Of a stretch of DNA of 64,000 nt, positions 55,020 through 64,000 are shown in pieces. The stretch comes from Balanoglossus misakiensis (Eukaryota; Animalia; Hemichordata). A model generated the notes under the pieces. That model was not told the origin of the DNA and made no database searches. It saw only the letters and a program-made list of their open reading frames with translations. The stretch's first letter is position 1, and each line of letters opens with the position of its first letter. The stretch spans positions 9,165,918 through 9,229,917 of the forward strand of contig CM082595.2 of assembly GCA_040954595.2 (NCBI GenBank), given 5' to 3'. The position numbers and the translations under genes were made by a program.

Positions 55020-55393
55020 AAAGCGAAAAAATATTACAAAAATCTTCTTCTCAAAATCGACGTGGCCTAGGACCTTGAAATTTGGCACAGGGGATTTTTG
55101 CCACATGGTCTACAAATATCGCGAAAAGAATGTACATGCCCCAATTAACGTGCAAATTAGGTCAATTTGAAAATTTCGCTCGATTATAGCAACAAAGTCA
55201 CGTGACTAATTACAAATTCAAAGGGCTGGTGCACCAGTACTATGGGCCCCAACCACCGTGCCAAATTTGGAAGGCGCACCTGCCGGAATTTCAGAGAAAA
55301 ACGGGCGCAAAAAAACGACTCAAGAAGAAAGAAGACAAACTCCAGCAATAACAGAAGGGGACCAAGCGCCTGAGGGCTCTTGGTCCCCTAAAT
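55020..55393 (-). mobile_element. Putative terminus of a Helentron/DINE-1-like (HINE) non-autonomous element
   Basis: Read on the minus strand: TTT, then hairpin AGGGGACCAAG-AGCC-CTCA-GGCG-CTTGGTCCCCT (55356-55389; 11-bp perfect stem plus 3 bp), then a short (CTT)-type microsatellite. Internal GAAATTTGGCAC / GTGCCAAATTT motifs follow. This order resembles DINE-1 block A. Confidence 0.55.
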
Positions 55394-56132
55394 ATGGGAC
55401 TAAACTTGACAGATACCCGGAATATTTTCCTATTCAGGATATCTGGTTGCATTTCCACCTAAAGGCGTCCTATTGGCGTGGAAATTGTATAACTTGAAAT
55501 CGTTTGACTGGGTGATAGGTATTAATATCTTATGATGTTATAAAACACTTGGCTCGCCGAAGGTATGGACCGATTATAGCGTCAGTCGTGTCATACAATC
55601 TATATGAACGTCATGGGTCAATAAACTTGATGGTCCAATAAAATTCAATGGTTAGTAAAACTATTGTGTCCAATGTCTGCAGAGTATACTGGCTGCAACA
55701 TGTGTATGAGTCAGGATTAATGTCTGTAGCCATCAACCCAAAAGGTGAACGTCCTATTCTCACTAACTTAAATAGGTTTTGCGACCTAGTTGAGTTATAA
55801 AAACCTTATGATAAAGTCGACACAATTTCAAGATGACGATGTGCAAATGAGAGTTCATAAGCTAAAGTAAAGTTCAATGAATTCTATACAAAGTTCAAAA
55901 AAGATTGTTTACTAAAGGAAGACATGAAAAAACTGATATCGTCTCTTCATATTCGTACATGTCTAACTGTTGTGATTTGACCCCTCCCCCCCCCCCCCCA
56001 GGACATGGTACATGAAGCTATTACTTAGTACACACTTAAACAATTGGCATTTGAAGTTCCTTGCTTGACAGTGTTTAATGCGGTGGTCAGTCGCGTTTAT
56101 CTCTCGCCACTTCATGCATCATGTCGCCTTAA

Positions 56133-56440
56133 AGGGGCAAACTCTCTCTCCCGTCGCCCTTTTCTATTAATAATGTTTGATACAAGACACCGTTTATATT
56201 AATGGGCATGTGTATATGTAGTGAATGAACGTTCAACCACACACAACTTCCATCCTGCTTGTATGATATGAGAGTAAAAACTCGCCCAAAATGAATAAAT
56301 GGTAGAGACCGATTTTTCAGTTTGGCGAGTTTTCGCTCTCGTGTCTACATGCGGGATGGAAGGTGTGTGCGGTTGAACGTTGCATCACTATATATCCACA
56401 TTTACATTAACATAAACGGTGTTTTGTATTGTCATTTCTT
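56133..56440. mobile_element. Palindromic (foldback) MITE copy 1, TTAA-flanked, Kolobok-like
   Basis: TTAA-AGGGGCAAA at 56129 and TTAA at 56441. Long imperfect inverted arms (GAACGTTCAACCACACAC.../...GTGTGCGGTTGAACGTT) surround a centre near 56,305. The element is homologous to 57,222-57,512; its right terminus is degraded. Confidence 0.8.
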
Positions 56441-56823
56441 TTAATCGTGGATTTTCGTTTCTGATTTGTATGTATAATGAAAATCCATTTTGGGTCACTG
56501 CACTTGTTTTCGACTTTAAACAAGGCCGTGAATTTAGTCGATAATTGAAGAAAACTGCTGACGGTCAGCATTTTCTACCAATGGTTTGCCTATGGATACA
56601 ATATTGAACAAAGTTTATCTCAAAATAGACCGTGGTGAATTTATTTTGATTTGTCGGAGCTATGTGTAAAATTTCCTGAAAATGACAATAATAGAAGGGA
56701 GTTTTCTAACTATTCTCCATGTACTCCTATGGGAAGAGACACAGGCGCACTGTTTACCAGTTGACGTTCTGCGCGTACATCATTGAGTGTACTGGCAGCT
56801 AACTTATTGTTTATTTGTAACAG

Positions 56824-56881
56824 CAATTGGATCTTGGAGCACTGTTTGGAACACCCTTTGTGAAATATGAATGTCCAGAAG
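56824..56881 (+). CDS. uif: Uninflatable-like C-type-lectin-domain protein, first detected coding exon (QLDLGALFGTPFVKYECPE-G)
   Basis: Acceptor TTGTAACAG and donor G|GTAAGT. The 58-nt exon is phase 0 to phase 1 and joins the next exon to give CPEGYQLRGASCYK. Confidence 0.75.
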
Positions 56882-57221
56882 GTAAGTTGAATTGACCCTA
56901 GCCCTTTCACCAACATGGTTCAGTCAAAACCAATTGTTTTATATGGTAATGTTGGACCTCTAAAGAGGAAACGGGGGGGGGGGGTGATGAAAGGTTTAAG
57001 ACTTACAGATCACAACTTAAATAGCCATTCAGAAAGAGGCTTAGAGTGGAGTATCAAATCGGACGATACCACTGACTGGTGGAGGAAGACAAAATAAGCA
57101 AACTGAGTAGATGAGTGCTCAGATTTCTTCAGAGGACCAAACGTTTCAAAGAATTATACGTGACAATCCATGCCTGGTCCGTCAGTAGATATAAACAGAA
57201 CATTGTGGCTGTATTCATTAA

Positions 57222-57512
57222 AGGGACAAAGTCTCTCTCTCGCTGCCCTTTTTCCATTAATTATGTTTGATACAAGACTGCGTTTATATTATTCTACATG
57301 TGGATATAGTGAATCAACGTTCAACCATACACACCTTCCACTCCGCTTGTATAGACACGAGAGTTTTAAAAAGTCGCCAAAATGAATAAACGGTCTCTAC
57401 CATTTATTCATTTCGGGCGGGTTTTTACTCTCGTATCATACAAGCGGGATGGAAGTTGTGTGTGGTTGAACGTTCATTCACTAACATAAACGGTGTCTTG
57501 TATCATGTCCCT
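57222..57512. mobile_element. Palindromic (foldback) MITE copy 2, Kolobok-like
   Basis: TTAA(57218-21)-AGGGACA...TGTCCCT-TTAA(57513-16), with long imperfect inverted arms centred near 57,395. Confidence 0.88.
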
Positions 57513-57579
57513 TTAACACTTTTGAAGCATTTTACTAATGCTAACATGACTAGACCAATTGAATGATGTTACATTGCAG

Positions 57580-57661
57580 GTTATCAACTCAGAGGGGCGT
57601 CTTGTTATAAAGCGGTACCTGACAAACAATCAGCTGGCAACGCTGAAAATACCTGTCAGTC
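57580..57661 (+). CDS. uif: Uninflatable-like gene, CTLD exon (GYQLRGASCYKAVPDKQSAGNAENTCQ-S)
   Basis: CTAAC branch-like motif at 57541, acceptor TTGCAG and donor GTAAGT. The 82-nt exon is phase 1 to 2 and contains the CTLD CY motif and the helix-1 cysteine. Confidence 0.82.
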
Positions 57662-57861
57662 GTAAGTATGAAAGTATACATCATTTGAGTAGAATTTTAT
57701 GGGAGATCCTAACAAGGCTTGGACATGTCACGCACAAATACAAAGGGCGCGTATAAAGACAGACAAAACCTCGCTTAGTGTGAGGTGTTCAGCGATTGCA
57801 TCTGATAAGTCGAAAATGCTTGATCACGTGTCATGTTCAGTTGGGAAATTGGATATGTCTC

Positions 57862-58121
57862 AGGCCAAAAAAACTAATATGTGCTATTCCGATTACATGG
57901 TTTTCAAAAATAGGGTAGGTAGAAAGGGACATTTTTTTATTTTTCAATTTTTTTATATCTTTGGCCGTCGTAGTGTAGAAGAATGACATCATAGTTCTTG
58001 CGTGATTCTCGCAATTTTCATGAATTGTTGTATATTTGACATCGTTATTTTTACTTCCGGTTTACGAAGATCTAAACTGTTTTGGGTCGGCGGGCTAAAA
58101 TTAGGGTAGTTCGGGTAATCG
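57862..58121. mobile_element. Probable truncated non-autonomous DNA transposon fragment
   Basis: It begins AGGCCAAAAAAA...TTCCGATTAC and carries repeated AAAA(T)TAGGGTAG motifs (57907, 58097). It stops at GTAATCG, the inner start of the complementary terminal repeat. Superfamily not determined. Confidence 0.4.
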
Positions 58122-58294
58122 TTATGACATTGGGAGCTACGGCTGCAAAGCCATGTGTCTCGTGCGAAAAGGGCCCTTAACCTTTTGCAATATTTAACAG
58201 CAAACAACAGACAGTTTTGAGAATAAAAGGTTTCCGTCGTGTCTGACTTTCATATCGCATTAATAGCATATCCCTAAATTTAAAGAAATTAGGA

Positions 58295-58505
58295 GAGACA
58301 GAGTGAAACAGGCAGAGTGGCAGACAGACACAAGCAGACAGACAGAGCAACATTCATCAGTAGAGACACTCATCGGTCGCTCGCTCGCTCGCTCGCTCAC
58401 TCTCTCTCTCAGAGAGAGGGGGCAGACAGTCAGACAGACCGACGTTGACAGACAGTCAGTAAGTCAGTCAGCCAGTTAATCAGTCAGTCAGACGTCAAAG
58501 ACACA
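58295..58505. repeat. Compound microsatellite (CAGA)n/(TCGC)n/(TC)n/(CAGT)n
   Basis: Directly visible imperfect tetra- and dinucleotide runs. Confidence 0.85.
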
Positions 58506-61500
58506 GTGACACAAACACAGCGAGGGAGACAACAGGACCTTTCATGCTTAAACCCCTGTTCTTCTGTTATAAACTTTGAAAACCGTTCGTTTTCAGACTG
58601 CAGATTGCTCGAATAACGCGACACACTGCCGAAACAATAAAACAAATACTAGTGGGAGCTCATAAAATAAAATCGCTCAACCATTCCGTCGTCCTGAGTG
58701 ACCTCAGCCACATTAATTCCGACGTCTTTTTAGGGTCATGAAAAAAGTCACAAATAAGGTATTTCCCCTAGGTCCACCTGAAGCAAAAAGTTTTCGTTTC
58801 GACTCCATCATTCCGAATAGTAAGAAAGCAACAAAATTGAAAAGACAGATGTAAAATGCACTCTCTCTCACGTGGTAACGTTTGTAACTATGGCAATCAC
58901 GGTACGTGTTCAGTACACAGACAGGGAGAAAAGTTTCTCCATGCAATACATGTGTTCAGTAAGGTTTGACCTTGGTTTTACATTGTACCATGATCGCCGC
59001 TTTCTAAGCATGGATGAACGACGGCGGTCAGACCCAATCGAACCCTTTCATGTCAGATGACCACGGTATCTCCACTGTGAGATGACATTTGACAAACCAT
59101 TTGATTTCAACAAAATCTTCGCGTCGTCAACGCGTCGCATACCAGTCGCATATCGGTATTTACCCAATCATAAAAGTTGGAAATTCGGGAGACTCGATCT
59201 GCAACCAAGTTGAGAGTAAATTTTGACGTTTGACTATTGGCAAGTAAACAGGTTACACAATGACTTGTCGGTTTTTCCTCCGTCATGGTCGTTCTCGACC
59301 CAAGTCCCCCCTCCCAATGTCCTTCCTTGACATTTAGACACACCTTGCGGTATGACCTTGGTGGTCATGTGCAATTAGTTTTCTTGTATAAAAGCTTTTC
59401 ATGCCGGGGTAGACGACTTGTGCGTGGATCATCAACATTTCAGTGATATTTCAACGCAAAGTTTTAGCAATATTAAGAAAACAGGTAGTGAGGTGTCAAA
59501 TGCATATCAATGTACGAAAATTAGGTCAAGCCACCCGACAGCAACCGCTTTCACACAGTGTCGGACGTTGCACGGAATGTGAAACGTTACACTGCTTCGG
59601 CCGTTCACATGCACCTGGCCGTGGGTTTGATTGATGGTCAAACGCCCCCACTTACTTTGGGCGTTTTCAATGGTAAATGTGTCGTATTGATCAAAACCTT
59701 GCCGTAAACACATTTTTTTTGCTGAATCAACATTCAGAGTTCAGCCGTCTAGTTAACGAAGTATTGAAGTAAGCCACTTGTTCATCATTTTTTGTCTGTC
59801 AAACGTGTTTATTCGGACAGGGACCGGCCGCCAATGAGGGGTTTAGGGAGCCCACACGTACACTCTGGTACCTGGACAATTAACATAGACATGTCGTGTG
59901 TACCGTCCGGTTCGAAAAGATTGGTTTAAGGTAGTCCTGGTAACAGTCATCCTAACGAGGCCAGGGGAGGTCTCCAAGGGCGAAATAAACATAGCTACCG
60001 ATGACGAGTCGAATTCGAATCGGACGATGCTTGTTCATAAAAGGCACAGACATAAAGCTTCGAAGTTTTTTGTCTGTGAAGTAAAGATACGACTAATCAG
60101 CCTATAGTGTAACCGTAGACCCTGGAGAAATACCAGAGCACAGCACAATGCAGCAAATGGAGTGAAACAAGAACAAAGCTTAGTATCTGCCGCAAACAAC
60201 GCTAAATCACACATTGACACTCCAAATAGAAGCAAGACAGCCGGGGGGGGGGGAGGCACAGTTGTAGATCGCGGTTTTGACCCGCCCCTTCCACATCCTG
60301 TAGATGTTTGTGCGTCCAAGGCATTTTTGATAAAATATAGACTTTTGTTTTTAGCTCGAGTGTGGCCTAAGTATATCACCGTTCCCACGAAAAATGTCTG
60401 TCTTTTTCAAAACGTTGTATTATACTTCTGTGTTATTTGAACTCTAATACAAGTGACAGTATTAGAGGACAGATTTGGCACAGACAAAATTCGTATTAAC
60501 AAACCACAGAGAAAACGTCAAAATGGAGCGATTTATAAAATGATCAATTCCACGAGTTTGCAAATTAAAGTTAAAGAGATACAGTTTCATTGGGTGGATC
60601 ACTATCCTAGAGCGGTCTGGAAGCATGGGTGGATTTTTACCTGGTGTTTGTTTACCTGGTAAAAATAGGCTATTGTTCTCCCCTGCTTTTCATAGCGGAT
60701 TTTTTAACACGTCTCCTCGAGATCAAACATTAATGAGCGATTAAAAGCGCTTCGTATACTTTTTGTGGGTCGAGTTGTGTTTTTCGTTTTATTTGGTCAT
60801 TAATTCGATCAGAATGGATTGTTTATTGTTGTATTGTTAAAAGCTTGGATTTTATGTTTCAGTTGTGCAGAGTGCTTAAGTATGCTCGACTTGCGTGGCA
60901 ATTCTGCATATTTGGAGCATTCTTTGGAATTTAATTGATTTGGACATGAGTTTGTTGTTTGGTTGGTCATGGAACAACACGTGACATTGTCTGCATGACA
61001 TTCTTTAGGGTGTTCCAATTCTGTAAATGACATGAGGTGGTTACATAGGACCATATATGGCTGAGATGAGAACATATGGCGGCGCTCTTTTTTCGCGTGT
61101 GCCACCCACTAAAAATCTGTGATTGGCTACATCTCAATTTGCCATGGTAACTATAGCTAATTTTCCATAGGTGACCGTATACCTTTAATTGCCTGTTGGT
61201 ACTAAACAGCACTCTCCCCGAGTCTAGTGAAACATCATTTTGGGGGATCTGGATTTCGTGTTCATTATTGCGTGACTGATACGGCGGGTATCGATTAGAA
61301 TAGGCCCTATCGTTAAAATAGAAGTTCATTCTTGTCGGGCGACCCAGGAAGGCATAAGCTTGACGTGCCTAAAGTTTGTCGGACATTGTTCGACCATCAC
61401 GGCTGCAAATTGGTTTAAGTTCGACCCTGGGCCCGGTGTAGCCTGCTCCAATAGAAATGGAGAAATTAAGTATAAGGCAACAACCCGAATGTGCCACTTT

Positions 61501-62183
61501 TTCACTCACAGCATCCCTATAAAACCACAGTAAGTGATAAAACAAAAGGTTAGGTCGACTTTTCATGTCCTTATGCGCATGAAAAGAAAAGAATGAGACA
61601 GGGTCAATGAAGTCTAGTATCGTGTCTTCGTGCACACGAAGACGCCCGAGCCGTTCATCATCATGGTATTCCTCGTGGAATCTCTTGGCAAGTGCATGGC
61701 GTGTACCGAGTCAGAACATGTAAATACTGACTTCTGCCATAGACGTACCAGGTGCTTCGACGAGTTGGCCTTCGGCATTGTGGTTTTTTGGCTTTTCTAG
61801 TGAAGCCGAAGGCCAAAACCAAGGACCGTGACTAAACTGAAAAGCCCCCACCCCCCCCCCCATCTCCCCCCCCCCGCCCTCACCAGTTTTTGTAGTAGAT
61901 ATGTTCTTCATGCCTACCCCAATTCTACCGCTGGCTGCGCTGTCACAGTGACCTCAAGCCAGGTCAAATTTGAGCTAAAAGACAAGTTCCGTCTACATAC
62001 TCATGAATATTTCTTGGTTTCTTCGCGTATAAACTCAGGAATACTATGCCCCTGAAGCATCGGCTGGCTTTGATGCACGTTATCATGTTTTAATTAGTCA
62101 AAGACCCACGGTAGCAAAGTAGGTAATTGTCTTTTTTTCACGCGTATCCTTTGGTCATATATTCTGCCTGCAGCCCCCAGCCC

Positions 62184-62499
62184 TCGCTGCAGTTTGCAGC
62201 CCCTCCATCTCCCCTGAACGAGTTTTGGTTTTGCCGATTGAAGTTGAATAACTGGGGAAAACGTAGGCAAAATCGACAAATACCGCGACATCCTTTGCCA
62301 GGTAAGCGCTGTATGGGTTCCGGGACCGATTTGGCGAAAAAATTGTGGAAAATTGTGGACTGGAGACGTCTGGAGTGTAGAAATTCGCTCCGGGCCCAAA
62401 TCCCGGTCGCTCGTTGTGCGGTTTAGAATAGCTGGGACCTGCAGCCCCGCAAAAACAAATATCGTCCAGGGGAGATGGAGGGGCTGCAAACTGCAGCAA
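62184..62499. mobile_element. 316-bp MITE with 10-bp target-site duplication (Mutator/MULE-like)
   Basis: Inverted termini T(C/T)GCTGCAGTTTGCAGCCCCTCCATCTCCCCTG(A/G)ACGA (~38 bp, degenerate to ~50). The exact direct repeat CCCCCAGCCC flanks it at 62174-83 and 62500-09. Confidence 0.8.
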
Positions 62500-62740
62500 C
62501 CCCCAGCCCCACATTCGCTGATATAATTGTCACGTACCTCGATAGTTATTATAATTTTTAGTTAGAGACGGCCTTGTAGACTCGGAATTGTAGACTAGCG
62601 ACGGCTCAGCTGGCATATCGTACCACTTTTTCTGTTACATTGCCGACCGGCCCGGCGCAACTACCGAGGAAAGATACGGGTGTGCTCGTGGGAATTGTCA
62701 ACTACCCGTTCATCGTTCGACTGCTCAACACAGATCATTG

Positions 62741-63215
62741 ATAACACAATGTCACATTTCGAACTAATTTTGAAATTCTGGATAAATTCTCCAAATATCC
62801 TGTTAATCTGGGATTTTCTTCCATCACCTTGATGCAACTGTATCAGAATTTGTCTTTTAAGTTTATTCACACCAAAAAAAAACAACAACAGCCATTTCCT
62901 GGAAATTGTCATGTTTTCTCTAAAAGAAATAAGCTGAACTTTTTTATTCAAAGGAAACGTTCAGCAATTTTTTTTCTCCCCAAAATTCAGGTGAATTTTT
63001 CACAGATTCTTTTTTCCCAGAAATTCTGCCGAAATCTACACTAATCACACACTTATTGGAAAGGTGTAACACAAAATATAGACTTTACAAACAAAAATCT
63101 AATGTTATACATTTATGAACCTCTTATTCACCAATATTAAATGTTTTCAAAGAGGAAATGTATTATTCACGGACTGGAATTTCGAAATTAGTTTGGAACA
63201 TGTTTGATGTGTTAT
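62741..63215. mobile_element. Degenerate inverted-repeat element (old MITE)
   Basis: ATAACACA...TTTCGAACTAATTTTGAAATTC at the left matches the reverse complement of GAATTTCGAAATTAGTTTGGAA...TGTGTTAT at the right (~40 bp, imperfect). The interior is AT-rich and non-coding. Confidence 0.5.
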
Positions 63216-63233
63216 AAATTGGTTTATTTTCAG

Positions 63234-63352
63234 ATTTTATGGTGGGCACTTGACAGTAATTGAGGGTTATTCTGAAAATCGTTATGCTGGAGCAGAGATT
63301 GTAAACCAGATTGAAGAGACTTCCAATGAAACAGCGAACCATGGTTGGATTG
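63234..63352 (+). CDS. uif: Uninflatable-like gene, CTLD exon (FYGGHLTVIEGYSENRYAGAEIVNQIEETSNETANHGWI-G)
   Basis: Acceptor TTTATTTTCAG and donor G|GTGAGT. The 119-nt exon is phase 2 to 1 and carries the CTLD GGHL..I...EN and WIG motifs. Confidence 0.87.
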
Positions 63353-63565
63353 GTGAGTGTGTCTTTTAACAGTGTTTGTCAGTGTTCCCAAATAATTTGT
63401 GGGTGTATCAAGTGTAAAAAATAACTGGTTTTGGAATTTGACAGTTTACAAGTAAGCACTGCATAGTAACACTTGAATGATAATTGTCTCAAGATGGTAA
63501 TTGAAAAGCCTATTTTTTACATCTCAATAACCTCACAAAATCTTGCTATTAAGTGACTCTGTATG

Positions 63566-63761
63566 CAGTTTTTCATCCAGATGGAGGGATGAGGGAATTC
63601 GCCCACTGTCAGCATGTTGGCACCCCCCTAGAAATTTGTCAAGGGGGAAATGGTGCCCCTTACAGACTCAGCGATGTCACTCATTCCCCTCCTTGCAAGA
63701 GTGCAACTATTCAAGCAAAGGGGGACATATCCCCCCCCCCCCCATCCTGGATGAAACACTG
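63566..63761. mobile_element. 196-bp intronic MITE with 7-bp TSD (P-element- or hAT-like termini)
   Basis: 15-bp TIRs CAGTTTTTCATCCAG / CTGGATGAAACACTG (1 mismatch). CTGTATG is duplicated at 63559-65 and 63762-68. Confidence 0.75.
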
Positions 63762-63797
63762 CTGTATGCATCTTCTTTCTTTATTTCCATTTTATAG

Positions 63798-64000
63798 GAT
63801 TTAGTGGACCCAATCGAGATGGCAGTGTGGAATATGATTATTCAGATGGCAGGAAAGGTAGTGTCTTTGATGGTCGATGGGCAGACACAGAACCTGATGC
63901 CTCCACTGGGCAATGTGTGAGGTTAAACCTCTTTGAAAATAATTACCCATTGTATCATGCAAGATGTGATGATGTCAGTCTGTCAATGTGTGAAGTAGCA
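63798..64000 (+). CDS. uif: Uninflatable-like gene, CTLD C-terminal exon (runs off the window)
   Basis: Polypyrimidine tract plus TAG acceptor. The open frame reads GFSGPNRDGSVEYDYSDGRKGSVFDGRWADTEPDASTGQCVRLNLFENNYPLYHARCDDVSLSMCEVA, with the W...EP..., CV, C and CE pattern that completes the CTLD. Confidence 0.87.

Noticed and set aside
56682-56775. Possible signal-peptide exon MTIIEGSFLTILHVLLWEETQAHC...
   Set aside because: The hydrophobic core is weak, the donor is poor (GTACAT), and it would need an intron of only ~48 nt. Not excluded, but unsupported.
57559-57756. ORF-track 65-aa ORF overlapping the exon at 57,580
   Set aside because: It is in a different frame from the spliced CTLD reading and has no recognisable features.
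61600-61643. Canonical Helitron 3' end (hairpin plus CTAG) on the minus strand
   Set aside because: CTAG is only ~6 nt from the hairpin and is followed by A rather than T, and no matching 5' TC end was identified.
62094-62514. Overlapping 99-131 aa ORFs on both strands
   Set aside because: They coincide with a GC-rich MITE and show no transposase or other domain motifs.

Overview
Animal (probably marine invertebrate) genomic DNA at the edge of a large satellite array. Positions 1-50,773 are one head-to-tail AT-rich tandem repeat with a 78-bp monomer, itself an old dimer of about 39 bp. It is organised into higher-order repeats (HORs) of about 1.01, 1.13, 1.56 and 3.0/3.47 kb, with a more diverged layer at the edge. 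All ORFs in 1-50,607 are translations of the satellite, not genes. The array stops abruptly against diverged ~240-bp repeats. These are interrupted by a 5'-truncated RTEX-like LINE on the minus strand, which is itself interrupted by a 795-bp TTAA-flanked MITE. The block ends at ~55,390 in a hairpin-plus-microsatellite terminus resembling Helentron/DINE-1 (HINE) elements, so the whole satellite may be the expanded interior of such an element. From 56,824 onward, four GT-AG exons missed by the ORF track splice in frame into a C-type lectin domain resembling the N-terminus of Uninflatable. No signal-peptide exon was found, so the satellite may lie inside intron 1. The introns carry several MITEs, including two palindromic copies whose interiors are flipped relative to each other. 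All alignments were done by eye; family names come from recalled motifs, not database searches.
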